From positions 416,001 through 480,000 of the forward strand of contig CAWBZI010000004.1 in the NCBI GenBank assembly GCA_963793265.1: DNA of 64,000 bases, written 5' to 3'. Below are positions 1 to 10,158 of the stretch, piece after piece. The notes beneath the pieces are model-generated. The model saw only the letters and a program-made list of their open reading frames with translations. It was not told the DNA's origin and did not search any database. The first letter of the stretch is position 1; each line of letters opens with the position of its first letter. Both the position numbers and the translations under genes were made by a program. This stretch comes from an uncultured cyanobacterium (GTDB lineage Bacteria > Cyanobacteriota > Cyanobacteriia > Phormidesmidales > Phormidesmidaceae).

Positions 1-1198
1 CTTTCACCTGCGGATCTTCTATCGCACCCGTTACTTGAGTTGTGAACTGGAAGCTACCGCTCGCCGCAACTGGCAATTCTAAATCGGCAAGGGTCTGCAC
101 CTGCTCAATTGAAACGGCTGGAATCTGGGCCGTCAAATCGTAGCCTTCATCCACATCCGCATTACCGAAGGCAACTAGCGCAATCTCGCCAAAATCCAAG
201 CCAGTGTCTTCAACGGTGACCCTTTTTCCTTTGAACTTAAGCCTGCTGCGAATATTGCTGAAAGTCTCTGGCACCTCGTCTACTTTGACTTCGCCCGCTC
301 TCAAATCAACGGTGCCTCGCAAATCCAGAACCGACTCATCAAGTTTGTCGTCTTCAGTGAGCGCAGCTTCTACCTTTAAATTGCTGTTGAGCGTCCCTGA
401 GCTGATGCCGACGCTATCAGGTAAAAGGAGATTAAACCCAGCAGTTGGGAGATTTTGCGATCGCACATTCGCCTTCACCGCCCGCTCGTCTAAATTCGCC
501 TTTCCCTCAACATCAAACTCACCCGCCCGCTCCTCACCGCTTAGCTCACCACTCAGCTCAAAGTCAACCTGCTCAGACTCCTCGCCATAAAACGAAATCA
601 GCACGTCCGTTTCAGTCGCTTCAAGCGGCTCTCTAGGCACCGTTACCTCAGCATCCTGCTCATATAATGAAGCCGTCAGCGTGGCATCTTGAACCTCAAT
701 CGTCTCGATATCGAGCGTAATCAGCGGCTCTTTTCCCGAAGGCTCTGGCAGGCCAATTTGCAGCCACTGACCATCTTCTGATTGAGCGAGCGACACATCG
801 GGCCGCACAAACGTAATTTTTGGTCTAAGGCTTCTTTGAAATACGAGCGATCGCACATCAGCCGTCACATCTACCGCATCTACCACGGCCGTAGACTCAT
901 CGGTTGCTGTCGGCGGCATCGTTGTTGTGCCTAGCCTCACGCCCCACAGGTAAAACCGCTCTACTTCCCCTAGCTCAACGGGTCTATCAATCGTGTTTTC
1001 AATTTCGTCTTCAAGGCGAGGGAGCACGACCGCATTAACGAAGCGATCGCCCCAAATTACCGCCGCTAAACCCAACAGCGCCAAGATGCCGCCCGCACCA
1101 ACGCCTACCTTTAGCAGCAAAATGAGATACCGACGGCGCGGTGGACGCGGATTAGGCGTCGGATCAGGGGTAGGGTCGGGCGTTACAGGAAAACTCAA
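1..1198 (-). CDS. TamB/AsmA-like (translocation and assembly module) protein, N-terminal part; runs off the window edge
   Basis: Not in the ORF track. Manual translation from TTG at 1198 (in-frame TAG just upstream) gives MSFPVTPDPTPDPTPNPRPPRRRYLILLLKVGVGAGGILALLGLAAVIWGDRFVNAVVLPRLEDEIENTIDRPVELGEVERFYLWGVRLG. A single N-terminal TM followed by 'RPVELGEVE' is typical of cyanobacterial TamB-like proteins. Confidence 0.75.
   Translation of the reverse strand, partial: MSFPVTPDPTPDPTPNPRPPRRRYLILLLKVGVGAGGILALLGLAAVIWGDRFVNAVVLPRLEDEIENTIDRPVELGEVERFYLWGVRLGTTTMPPTATDESTAVVDAVDVTADVRSLVFQRSLRPKITFVRPDVSLAQSEDGQWLQIGLPEPSGKEPLITLDIETIEVQDATLTASLYEQDAEVTVPREPLEATETDVLISFYGEESEQVDFELSGELSGEERAGEFDVEGKANLDERAVKANVRSQNLPTAGFNLLLPDSVGISSGTLNSNLKVEAALTEDDKLDESVLDLRGTVDLRAGEVKVDEVPETFSNIRSRLKFKGKRVTVEDTGLDFGEIALVAFGNADVDEGYDLTAQIPAVSIEQVQTLADLELPVAASGSFQFTTQVTGAIEDPQVK
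457..464. repeat. HIP1 octamer GCGATCGC (one example; also 847-854, 1043-1050 and many more across the window)
   Basis: The palindrome recurs throughout coding and non-coding DNA, a hallmark of many cyanobacterial genomes. Confidence 0.95.
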
Positions 1199-1390
1199 AG
1201 GGGGCTACGGCAAAATAAGAAGCCGGTGACGGAGGCCATACCACAATACGCCAAAACAAAAATTCCTGTCGTAAGGAGAGTTACCACAGGAAGTTAAGAG
1301 TTATTAGATTGTAAATAGGCTAAACGCCAGCAAACCCAATCATTAGCGGGCTCAGACGCCAGCGTTAAGCTATAAATCTAACCAGCTTGT

Positions 1391-1546
1391 CTAACCAGCC
1401 TGGCTGGCAATCAAAGCGCCTAAACCAACAAGTGCGATGGTAATTTGCTCTTTGAGCTGCTGACTTTTCGCTTCAGGGGAAGGAGCCTGCGCTGAAATAA
1501 CAGCGACTTTTGCCTTCGACTGATTTTGAGAAGAAGCATTACGCAT
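1391..1546 (-). CDS. 51-aa small membrane protein, Psb34/Ssl1498-like
   Basis: Below the ORF-track cutoff. ATG at 1546 with SD-like GAGGA just upstream. MRNASSQNQSKAKVAVISAQAPSPEAKSQQLKEQITIALVGLGALIASQAG: 'AxxPSPE..Q' followed by a C-terminal hydrophobic helix. Confidence 0.6.
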   Translation of the reverse strand: MRNASSQNQSKAKVAVISAQAPSPEAKSQQLKEQITIALVGLGALIASQAG

Positions 1547-1753
1547 GTTTGTTATCCTCAATTTTGGTACCTGAGTTGCCTAAAGCGCTCTAAAAAGAAA
1601 CGGCTCTAGACAGCTCGGCCCTGTATTTATTAACAATATATGAATAAATGTAAATTGTGTAAGTACCTTTAGGTATATTTGCTGGTCGCCAGGCTGCGAT
1701 CGCCTATTTCAGAAGCGTTCGGCAATTATTAAATGAATCTAGAAGCTTGTAGC

Positions 1754-4700
1754 CTAATCCCAAGTTTCTAAAGCGGATGTCCAAGCGTCTAAACGACTGG
1801 TGACCTGCGATCGCCTTGACTCAAACGTCGCAGCTACCCAAATAAACACCAGGCCCAACACGATACCCACTGCCCACAGCAGTAAAGAATTTGCGCTAAT
1901 AAACAGCCACAGCACCCGAATTACTTGCAGTACAAAAGTGCCGGTACCGACATACAAAAACGCTCGAATCTTCAGCGCTAGCCCGGCGAAAATCAGTCCA
2001 ATGCACAGCGCCACTGTAATTGCGGCATACATCAACATCGAGTCGTGCGCTTCTGCTTGATAGAGCGCGGTAATTCCAATCAGCCCGCTTGCCAAAGTCC
2101 TTAGCCAGTGTCGCTCCTGCCGCTTTGAAAGCCCCTGTAAATAAGGATCGATTTCAACCACATAGAGAATAGACAGACTAGCAACCAAGCTGATTGTCAG
2201 CGCTGATATCCAACCCTGTTCGCCCAGATAGCGGAGCAGCGCCCAGTCAAATAGCAGCACGCTTAGATAGCTGAGCCTGGGGCGATCGCGCTGCTTTGCC
2301 ATCCATCCATAAAATGCACCCACTACCAGCAAACTATGCGTCGGCACCCGATAGCTCACCGCCACCGCTAATACTGAAAGCGGTAGCCATAAAGCTAACC
2401 ATCGCCACGGACGCAGCGGCCAGCCCCATTGCCGCCAGGGTGCGAGCTGCACCACAAAACTTCCAGCACAGGCTGCAATGCCGCCCCAGGTAATTAAAAA
2501 CAGGCGATCGGGGAACCACACGAGGCGATTGTGAACGGCGCAAAGCAGTCCGATCGCGATGCCTATTTCAGTCCAGCCGGTATAGGTAAGGAAAAATAGC
2601 TGGGGCGTCCAGCGATGGTTGCCGCTAATCAGCGCGTAGGCTGCTAATAAACCTGTCGCTACCGTCCAAAGCAAGATGCCGGTTGGCTGACTTAAGCCTG
2701 TGGTTGCAGCCAAAATGATGAGGAATCCGCCCAGCATCCAGTGGGTATTGGCAACAGAGCGCAATCCTTTAGGCGGAATTTGAAGGTATCGCAGCAGCCA
2801 AAAGCTGAGGAACTTTTCGATGAATGCGATCGCCAGTGCCAACACCGCCAGTATCGTAAATCCATCTCCTGCCGCGCCGCCGCTAGCCTGCATCATCTGA
2901 TAAATCAGCAGCTCATAGGCTCCCACAGATAGGGTAAATAAGCCGATGTAGCTCAGGGCGTTTAAGCTCGTTTGACGGCGACCGACACCGATTGCGATCG
3001 CCCCTACAAAAATCGTAAACAGCCCCGTATTCGGCCCAAAGTCGCCATACCAAAAGTAGCTGTGCCCAAAGAACAAACCCAGCAGTGCAAACGCCATCGG
3101 AATGCCGTGCCAGCTCTGCCGATAGGGCGGTTTTTTCAGCACCCACACATCCGCTGAAATCTGCGCAATCAACCCCAGTGCCAAAGTCGCCACCGCAATG
3201 CCCTCTGCATCTAGCCCACGCAGCGCCAGTCCCAGCACCACCACAATCTCAACGGCCCAAGCCAAACTCCAATAGCGCCACTCAGCCGGTCTGTGCCGAA
3301 TAGACTCCAACAAAGCCGCTAGCAACAGCGCCATTGCCGCTAATATATAGCGCAATCCTGCCTGCTGAGAGCCAACGAGTTCAGCGGTGATTGAATCGGG
3401 CGCAATCCCATAAACCGCATGAGAGAGCACCAGGCTAGAAACCAAAGAGCCCCACAGCAGCAGGCCACCCATCAACACAAGGCTCCAGCTTTGAACTGCA
3501 AACTGATAGAGATCTCGCAGCTCGCCCGAACGCCCGTCCAGCCTTCGCTTTAGCAGCCACAGTCCCCAAATCACCAAGGCCCACACCAGCATCATTCGCC
3601 CGGCGCTATGGCTCAGCCGCATAATCACGACATACCAAAGGCTGCTAGTTACAAGGGCAATCCCTGCGCCCACCGTAAAGAGCGCTGATATTCTGTTTTG
3701 CAGAATGCGGCTGTTGAGTGCCATGCAAACGGTGCTGACGGCAAAAGTAGCGATCGCCCCCGGCCAGCTCACCATCCACACGGTCTGCATCACCAGCGCC
3801 ACCATTGCAAATGTAGCGGTTTCTTTTGGTTGAATCGCTTCCTGCCGATTCGCTAGATACGTGAGTGCTACCGGCACTATCAGCCAGCTATAAACAGGTG
3901 AGCCATTCCAGTTGGCGAGCAACAATCCATAGCTAAGTGCAGAGAGCAGCAGACCTGCGTGCCAAGTGCTCAATCGCCAGTGCTCTTGCTGTATGCGTGT
4001 GTGAATAAGGAGTTCAGCGATCGCCCCTCCTAAAACAACATAGGCCCATTGGCCTACACTTAATCCCGGTATGAGGTAGTCGATCCAAGCCGCTATTGTC
4101 AGCAAACCCGCCGTGTGAGTAAGCGTTACAAATTCAATAGAAGATTCTCTACGACGCAGCAATACTATCAGCACTGTCGTCGAAAGCAACAGATTCATCG
4201 CCGCTGTAAAGCTATTGCTCGCACTCATTACTGACAAGATAGCGCCTGCTCCTAACGCTAGATATTCTGTTGTAGCTGATAGCTCAGCTTGCTGATACCG
4301 CCGTCGTAACTGCCGTGCAAAGAGCAGCAGACAGAGTACGAAAGGAAAAAATCCCAGGCTCAACCATGCATATCTACCAATAGGTTCAGATGATAGCTGC
4401 GCCGCTAAGCGCGTGAGTACCGTATCTCGGGTTGAGGCTGGAATCACCTCTGCGCCTAGCCAATAGATTTGGGCTGCGATCGCCAGCAACAGCAGCAAAG
4501 TATCCTGCTGCCAGTTCACTTTGAGACGATCCCAAACTAGCCATAGGGCTAAGAAGCTGACTGCGATCGCCTGCAAGGGGGGCTGTTGCGTAACGCACAG
4601 CAGCCAGCCTACGCCTACTAGCGCCGCGCCGATACCACTCCCCAACCGCCGACTCGGCTGACGGCGTGTCATCCACACCAACAGCCAGCCACAAATACCA

Positions 4701-5617
4701 GCGGCCAGCCCTAGCTGATTGGGCGGTACCTGCGTGATGAACAGGCTGCGAAATAATAGGATAAAAGCGGAAAGGGCGACTGCTAGAACGTCAAAAGAAA
4801 GGAGAGGCGATCGCCCGGTGCCAGCTTCAGCGATAGACTGCCGATCTTGATTAGCCAAGTTAGCCGCTGTACTCACCGTCCCTATATACGTTGCCGCTAC
4901 AGGCCACAAAGCTAACCCACCAAACAGCCAACCCCAGTGCAGCCAGCTCAACGCAACCAAATTTATCTGATTCGACCGGCAGCTCAACAGATTCATCGGC
5001 AAACAGCTCAGCAAGAGCGCTGAAAGCCCGCCTACAGCGATACCCACAGGGCTTTTTAGCACGCCTAGCGCATCCATCATCCAAAAGTTAATTGGAATCA
5101 GCAGCAGCGTCGTCAACGCCAGCATTCTTGCCGTTGCCCGCAGATTCTCCCTGTGCCCTGTCCAAACGCTCGCGCCCCAAAAAGCTAAGGTATAGGCCAG
5201 CAAAACGGCATACTGTCCAACCGAAGAAAACGACTGCCATTGACTTGCAGCTAGTAAGCCCGAAGAGGCAATAACAAGAAATACGCCTAAAAAGAGCAGC
5301 CAAATAACGCTAATTTCGTCTAGTAGCGCGCGCAGTGCTAGTCCTATCTTGCGCGGCTTTTGTCGTTTCTTTTCTTTAACGGCTCTAGATATCGAGCTTT
5401 CTTCAGTGCTCTCAAAATCAGGATCAATAAAATCTCGAACAAGTGACGGTCTAAACTGGTTCGAGTTAACTTGAACAACCGGCTCGCTCAGTTCCTTAGC
5501 AATTTGAAGAATTTGCCAGTCTTGCAGTAGGCCCAGCTTGACCCAGCTATCGAGGCCCGATAGGAGGTGCGATCGCGCATGTTCAGAGTCTAGATTGAGT
5601 CGAATATCGAGCCGCAT
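1754..5617 (-). CDS. Large polytopic membrane protein (DUF2157-like)
   Basis: 1287 aa, many TM helices. 'EISVIWLLFLGVFLVIASSGLLAASQW' and C-terminal 'IGIVLGLVFIWVAATFESRR'-type motifs match a conserved cyanobacterial family. Confidence 0.75.
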   Translation of the reverse strand: MRLDIRLNLDSEHARSHLLSGLDSWVKLGLLQDWQILQIAKELSEPVVQVNSNQFRPSLVRDFIDPDFESTEESSISRAVKEKKRQKPRKIGLALRALLDEISVIWLLFLGVFLVIASSGLLAASQWQSFSSVGQYAVLLAYTLAFWGASVWTGHRENLRATARMLALTTLLLIPINFWMMDALGVLKSPVGIAVGGLSALLLSCLPMNLLSCRSNQINLVALSWLHWGWLFGGLALWPVAATYIGTVSTAANLANQDRQSIAEAGTGRSPLLSFDVLAVALSAFILLFRSLFITQVPPNQLGLAAGICGWLLVWMTRRQPSRRLGSGIGAALVGVGWLLCVTQQPPLQAIAVSFLALWLVWDRLKVNWQQDTLLLLLAIAAQIYWLGAEVIPASTRDTVLTRLAAQLSSEPIGRYAWLSLGFFPFVLCLLLFARQLRRRYQQAELSATTEYLALGAGAILSVMSASNSFTAAMNLLLSTTVLIVLLRRRESSIEFVTLTHTAGLLTIAAWIDYLIPGLSVGQWAYVVLGGAIAELLIHTRIQQEHWRLSTWHAGLLLSALSYGLLLANWNGSPVYSWLIVPVALTYLANRQEAIQPKETATFAMVALVMQTVWMVSWPGAIATFAVSTVCMALNSRILQNRISALFTVGAGIALVTSSLWYVVIMRLSHSAGRMMLVWALVIWGLWLLKRRLDGRSGELRDLYQFAVQSWSLVLMGGLLLWGSLVSSLVLSHAVYGIAPDSITAELVGSQQAGLRYILAAMALLLAALLESIRHRPAEWRYWSLAWAVEIVVVLGLALRGLDAEGIAVATLALGLIAQISADVWVLKKPPYRQSWHGIPMAFALLGLFFGHSYFWYGDFGPNTGLFTIFVGAIAIGVGRRQTSLNALSYIGLFTLSVGAYELLIYQMMQASGGAAGDGFTILAVLALAIAFIEKFLSFWLLRYLQIPPKGLRSVANTHWMLGGFLIILAATTGLSQPTGILLWTVATGLLAAYALISGNHRWTPQLFFLTYTGWTEIGIAIGLLCAVHNRLVWFPDRLFLITWGGIAACAGSFVVQLAPWRQWGWPLRPWRWLALWLPLSVLAVAVSYRVPTHSLLVVGAFYGWMAKQRDRPRLSYLSVLLFDWALLRYLGEQGWISALTISLVASLSILYVVEIDPYLQGLSKRQERHWLRTLASGLIGITALYQAEAHDSMLMYAAITVALCIGLIFAGLALKIRAFLYVGTGTFVLQVIRVLWLFISANSLLLWAVGIVLGLVFIWVAATFESRRSQVTSRLDAWTSALETWD

Positions 5618-5714
5618 AACTAAAATTCCTTAGCTGCCGACCAGCATAAGCGCGCAGCAACACCAGTTCGACAATTTATAACCAGATTTTGAAACGTCCA
5701 CGCAGCGTTGCCAT

Positions 5715-5754
5715 AAAAAAAGCCCTGAAATTGGTCAAGATCTCAGGGCTTTTT
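5715..5754. terminator. Rho-independent terminator downstream of desB
   Basis: AAAAAAAGCCCTGA-loop-TCAGGGCTTTTT inverted repeat with A/T tails on both sides. Confidence 0.85.
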
Positions 5755-5784
5755 ATCAATCTATTTGCTGATCAAACGCAAGTT

Positions 5785-6840
5785 TTACCGGCGCTGATAA
5801 TACACTTTCTGACCTTCGTTAGGCACATAAATGCAGGCTCTAGCAGAGTTCCAAAGGCTTACCAAAATGGATTCCTTAGACTCTCTAAAATAGTCTCCCA
5901 TAATGGGCTTAATCGCCGCTGTTGCATCTTTCAGGTAATAGTGAGGCATATTCAAAAATACGTGATGCGCAACGTGCGTACCAATATTGTGATGAATACT
6001 ATTGAAAATGCCGTAGTCGCGGTCAATCGTTGAGACTGCGCCTTTCAAAAAGTACCAGCTATCGTTACGGTACCAGGGAATATCAGCTTCGGTGTGATGT
6101 AAGAAGGTGACTAAATCTAGCCAAACAACAAACACCAGGTAAGGCATGATGTAGTAGTTAAACAAGAACAAAGGGCCGACAGCAAAGCCAATCCAGGCTA
6201 GAAAACCAACAAACAGTGCAATGCAGGTAGTACTGGTGATAACGTCCCACTTTTCCGAAGGGCGAAAGAGGGGGCTGCTAGGCAAAAAGTGAGAACCTTG
6301 ACGACCGGGAGAGCGAAAGAACAGATAAAACGGATAGGCAAACAAAAAGAACCCAAACCGAAGTGCTTTGGCCGCAGGCCCCATTTCGTCATAGGTGTCT
6401 TTAGAGATGGGATACCAGCTTTCATCGGTGTCGATATTGCCGGTATTGGCATGGTGCGTACGGTGGCTAATGCGCCAGCCGTGATAGGGCACCAAAATTG
6501 GCGTATGGGTGAGATGTCCGATCAGATTATTTAGCCACTTGTGCTTAGAAAATGAGCCGTGACCGCAGTCGTGTCCTACGACAAACAGCGCCCAAAACAT
6601 GGTGCCTTGCGCAACCCAGAAGAGTGGGAAAAATAGCCAGGAATTGATGTCATATGCCAGTGCATACAGCCCGGCAACGATTCCGATATCGAGGAAAAAG
6701 TAAGCCAAAGAACGAGCCGCAGAAGGCTGGAAACAGTAGTCTGGAATGGCCTCTTTAAGATCTTTGAGGGTGAAAGGGAGATCTGGCTCTAGAGACTCTG
6801 GAGAAAAGGGCGGAATAGCTGGCTGAGTACTTAATTGCAC
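5785..6840 (-). CDS. desB: Omega-3 (delta-15) acyl-lipid desaturase
   Basis: Three His boxes HDCGH, HRTHH, HVAHH. 'FWALFVVGHDCGHGSFS' and 'HANTGNIDTDESWYP' are typical of omega-3 desaturases. Confidence 0.9.
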   Translation of the reverse strand: MQLSTQPAIPPFSPESLEPDLPFTLKDLKEAIPDYCFQPSAARSLAYFFLDIGIVAGLYALAYDINSWLFFPLFWVAQGTMFWALFVVGHDCGHGSFSKHKWLNNLIGHLTHTPILVPYHGWRISHRTHHANTGNIDTDESWYPISKDTYDEMGPAAKALRFGFFLFAYPFYLFFRSPGRQGSHFLPSSPLFRPSEKWDVITSTTCIALFVGFLAWIGFAVGPLFLFNYYIMPYLVFVVWLDLVTFLHHTEADIPWYRNDSWYFLKGAVSTIDRDYGIFNSIHHNIGTHVAHHVFLNMPHYYLKDATAAIKPIMGDYFRESKESILVSLWNSARACIYVPNEGQKVYYQRR

Positions 6841-6953
6841 GTATTACCTATTTATTGAAACACTAAAATCTCAGGCGGCTGAATGATCTTCTGATTGCAC
6901 CAAGGCAGATGCCAGGGCTATGAAGAAGGATTTTTCAGGGCTCTAAGATTCTA

Positions 6954-6971
6954 TTTACAAAGCTTCACAAT
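6954..6971 (+). promoter_or_regulatory. HLR1-like (RpaB) direct repeat in the desB/cruF divergent promoter
   Basis: TTTACAAA-GC-TTCACAAT matches (G/T)TTACA(T/A)(T/A)-N2-(G/T)TTACA(T/A)(T/A) with one mismatch. Confidence 0.55.
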
Positions 6972-7304
6972 ACTACATTCCGTACTAGCATTCCCATCAA
7001 TCAAAATTGAAATAAGCTTTTTTGATATTTTCGGATCAAATCTTTAGTACTGGCTTTCCTAGTACTACTTTTTATTACAGCGGCTAACCGAAAGGCTCTA
7101 GCTATTGCGGTAACGGGATTCTCCCGATTTTATTAATTTTTGACAGCAAAATTGTTGTTACATTTGGGCAGGGCAAGCGCAGCAGCTCAGTAAAATCTCT
7201 AACCTTTGCCCCATGCAAAGATGAGCTGTCCTCCTGTAGCCTTACTTACTATTCTTTGGGCTAACGCCCCAACGTTTCTAATTTTTTCAAGAGCTTCAAA
7301 CCTT

Positions 7305-8216
7305 ATGAAATCTCTCGCGATCGCTCAGCGCGTATGCTTTTCAACGCATATTGCTGCGCTAGTATTCGGGCTTGCAGGTCTACTATTCGTCCTTCCCAAC
7401 GTAGAATTTATTGCGGCCCTTCCTGAAATTGGTCGCACAGCCTTTCGCTGGTCAATGGCTGGCGGCGGCGCTGTCTATATGCTCGCAGGGGCATTAGCTG
7501 TCGGTATTTACGCCTACCGTCAGCTCGGCGCATGGCACTGCCTCAGCTTTGCCATCCCCGCCCTCACCCTTTCGCTGGGCGCTGAGCTGCTGGGAACCAG
7601 CACAGGCTTTCCCTTTGGCGACTATCACTACCTCACTGGCCTCGGCTACAAAGTCGCTGGGCTAGTGCCTTTCACTATTCCGCTCTCGTGGTTTTATCTA
7701 GGCTTTAGCGCTTATTTGATCGCCTATATGGGATTTAAGACGGTGGTGGGCGATCGCCTCTCCGAACTCGGGGCCATCATCGTCGGCTCCGTCCTCCTCA
7801 CCGCCTGGGACTTCGTGCTCGACCCGGCCATGAGCCAAACCACTATGCCATTTTGGGCGTGGGATCAGCCGGGTGCTTTCTTCGGAATGCCCTATCAAAA
7901 CTTTGCAGGCTGGTTTGGTACAGGCGTCGTCTTTATGAGCGTCGCTACCCTGCTCTGGCGAATGCAGCCTAAAAAGTGGGCCGATAGCATCTCCCTAGAG
8001 CTACCGCTAAACATCTACATAGCCAACTTTATTTTTGCCATGCTCATCAGCATCGACGGTAAGATCTACCCCCCTATCTTCCTCGGCCTGCTGCTAGGCG
8101 TTCTCCCGCTCATCGTGCTCTACCGGCTTGCCACCAAAGAAGAAAGACTTTCTCACGAATCTCAGTGGCCCCGGCATATTGGCCTGGTCACCTCTGCCTT
8201 TAAAGGCTCCGAATGA
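7305..8216 (+). CDS. cruF: Gamma-carotene 1'-hydroxylase/hydratase CruF (DUF422)
   Basis: 'ELLGTSTGFPFGDYHY', 'VPFTIPLSWFY', 'WDFVLDPAM', 'GMPYQNFAGW'. ATG at 7305 preferred over TTG at 7206. Overlaps cruG (ATGA). Confidence 0.9.
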   Translation: MKSLAIAQRVCFSTHIAALVFGLAGLLFVLPNVEFIAALPEIGRTAFRWSMAGGGAVYMLAGALAVGIYAYRQLGAWHCLSFAIPALTLSLGAELLGTSTGFPFGDYHYLTGLGYKVAGLVPFTIPLSWFYLGFSAYLIAYMGFKTVVGDRLSELGAIIVGSVLLTAWDFVLDPAMSQTTMPFWAWDQPGAFFGMPYQNFAGWFGTGVVFMSVATLLWRMQPKKWADSISLELPLNIYIANFIFAMLISIDGKIYPPIFLGLLLGVLPLIVLYRLATKEERLSHESQWPRHIGLVTSAFKGSE

Positions 8217-9403
8217 GCCCGATTGCGCTTAGCCTGCTGCTTTTACAGCTTCCTTTCACCGCTGTCCTGCTCTCCCGGCTGCTACGAGGGGCAAGGCGGC
8301 AGCAGCCCATTTCACCGAGAGCCTCAACCCCTCAGCAAGCTGGTAGCGTCAGTATTATCGTGCCGACGCTGAATGAAGCGCATCGGATTGAGCCTTGCCT
8401 GAAGGGGCTATCTCAGCAGGGTAAAGAAGTTCGAGAGATTATTATTGTCGATAGTCGCTCGACTGATGGCACTCAAGAGAAAGTGACGGCGTTTGCACGG
8501 CACGACAGTCGAATTCGCTTGATCACAGACGATCCCCTACCGCATAGCTGGGTGGGGCGGCCTTGGGCGCTGCATACCGGATACCTGGCTAGTTCGCCCG
8601 AAAGCCAGTGGGTGATGGGCATAGACGCTGATACCGAACCGCAGCCTGGCTTAGCCGCGGCGGTTTTGCATGAAGCTGAAAAAGGCTACGACCTGATCTC
8701 GCTTTCACCGCGCTTTAGGCTGTTTTTTCCCGGCGAATGGTGGCTACAGCCTGCGCTACTGATGACGCTGATATACCGGTTTGATTCTGCGGGTGTGCAA
8801 AAGTCGCCTGCTGAGCGAGTGATGGCGAATGGGCAGTGCTTTTGCTGTCGGCGGGCGGTGCTGGCAGCGGTAGATGGCTATACCTGTGCGGCGGATTCGT
8901 TTTGTGATGATGTGACGCTGGCCCGGCAGATCGCGGCGGCTGGCTACCGGGTGAGCTTTTTGGATGGCGCTAAGGTGATTAGCGTAAGGATGTATGAAGG
9001 GGCGGCTGAAACCTGGCGCGAGTGGGGGCGATCGCTCGACCTTAGAGATGCGGCCAGCCCTCAGCAAGTATGGGGCGATCTGGCACTGCTCATCTGCACC
9101 CAGGCGCTACCTATTATTGTGGTCATCAGCTTTCTACTCACAGGCTACGACAGTCTTACTGCAAAACTAGCGCTGGGGCTCAACATATTTTTACTGCTCG
9201 TGCGCTGGGGAATGCAGCTAGCCGTATCTTCCTCCTACCACAGACCTCAAAAATTTTTCTCAGCCGCTCAGCTCTTTTGGCTTTCTCCGCTAGCCGATCC
9301 GCTAGCAGTGACCAGAATTTTGCTCTCTTCTCTGCAAACCAGCATCCAGTGGCGAGGTCGAACCTACCAAAAAGGAACCCCAGAAAAGAAACTGACTCTC
9401 TAA
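8213..9403 (+). CDS. cruG: Carotenoid 2'-O-glycosyltransferase CruG (GT2), myxoxanthophyll pathway
   Basis: GT2 motifs 'VPTLNEA', 'DSRSTDGT', 'DADT', 'ANGQC', 'FCDDVTLAR', 'WGRSLDL'. Translationally coupled to cruF. Confidence 0.9.
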   Translation: MSPIALSLLLLQLPFTAVLLSRLLRGARRQQPISPRASTPQQAGSVSIIVPTLNEAHRIEPCLKGLSQQGKEVREIIIVDSRSTDGTQEKVTAFARHDSRIRLITDDPLPHSWVGRPWALHTGYLASSPESQWVMGIDADTEPQPGLAAAVLHEAEKGYDLISLSPRFRLFFPGEWWLQPALLMTLIYRFDSAGVQKSPAERVMANGQCFCCRRAVLAAVDGYTCAADSFCDDVTLARQIAAAGYRVSFLDGAKVISVRMYEGAAETWREWGRSLDLRDAASPQQVWGDLALLICTQALPIIVVISFLLTGYDSLTAKLALGLNIFLLLVRWGMQLAVSSSYHRPQKFFSAAQLFWLSPLADPLAVTRILLSSLQTSIQWRGRTYQKGTPEKKLTL

Positions 9404-10068
9404 AGCTCTACCGGCTCAATACACTCGGGTGTTTCATTCCGCGGACTGTTCACCGTTTTACTCACCGGATACAGCGCCATCGCCTCTTCCTCGTAAGGCC
9501 GCAGCAAATGCTGCACATGCCTACCGTCTTGCACATCAGGATCGAGCCACAGGTCGTAGTCTTCAGGATGGATAATCACCGGCATTCGATTGTGAATTTC
9601 CTGCATCATGTCGTTAGGTTCGGTGGTCAAAATGGTGCAGGTTTCTAAATAGCTGCCGTCACCGCTTTCCCACTTTTCCCACAGGCCCGCAAAGCCGAAA
9701 AGATCGCGATCGCCCACCTGAATGTAGTAGGGCTGCTTCTGCTTTCCTGCCTTTTGCCACTCATAAAAACCATCCGCCAAAACCAGGCATCTTCGCCGCT
9801 TGAAAGGAGCCCGAAACGAGGGCTTTTCGGCAGCAGTTTCGGCCCGAGCGTTGATCATGCGATTGCCAATGCTTGAATCTTTGGCCCAAGACGGGACAAG
9901 GCCCCATTTGAATACTTTGTATTCGCGGTTTTCGTTGGGTTGAGCGATCGCCCCAACCGCCTGAGTAGGCGCGATATTGTATCGGGGCTGGGGATCAGGC
10001 GTTGTGCTGAGGCTGAAAGTGCGGGCGATCGCCTCTCCTGATTTTGTTTGCGTATAGCGGCCACACAT
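9400..10068 (-). CDS. SOS response-associated peptidase (SRAP, YedK/HMCES family; abasic-site protection)
   Basis: N-terminal MCGRY with catalytic Cys2; 'RYNIAPTQ', 'INARAET', 'GFYEW', 'HNRMP'. Confidence 0.95.
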   Translation of the reverse strand: MCGRYTQTKSGEAIARTFSLSTTPDPQPRYNIAPTQAVGAIAQPNENREYKVFKWGLVPSWAKDSSIGNRMINARAETAAEKPSFRAPFKRRRCLVLADGFYEWQKAGKQKQPYYIQVGDRDLFGFAGLWEKWESGDGSYLETCTILTTEPNDMMQEIHNRMPVIIHPEDYDLWLDPDVQDGRHVQHLLRPYEEEAMALYPVSKTVNSPRNETPECIEPVEL

Positions 10069-10158
10069 AAAAACGCTGTCTCAAAACTTTTAGAGCTAAC
10101 CGATACAATCTACAGCGCGCACTGCTGAAGCGACCATTATCAGAAGAGAGAAAGTCAT

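Noticed and set aside
204..1229. Plus-strand ORFs 204-590, 445-636 and 993-1229
   Set aside because: Antisense shadows of the minus-strand TamB-like gene.
1622..1635. TGT-N8-ACA read as an NtcA site
   Set aside because: Spacing is shorter than the GTA-N8-TAC consensus.
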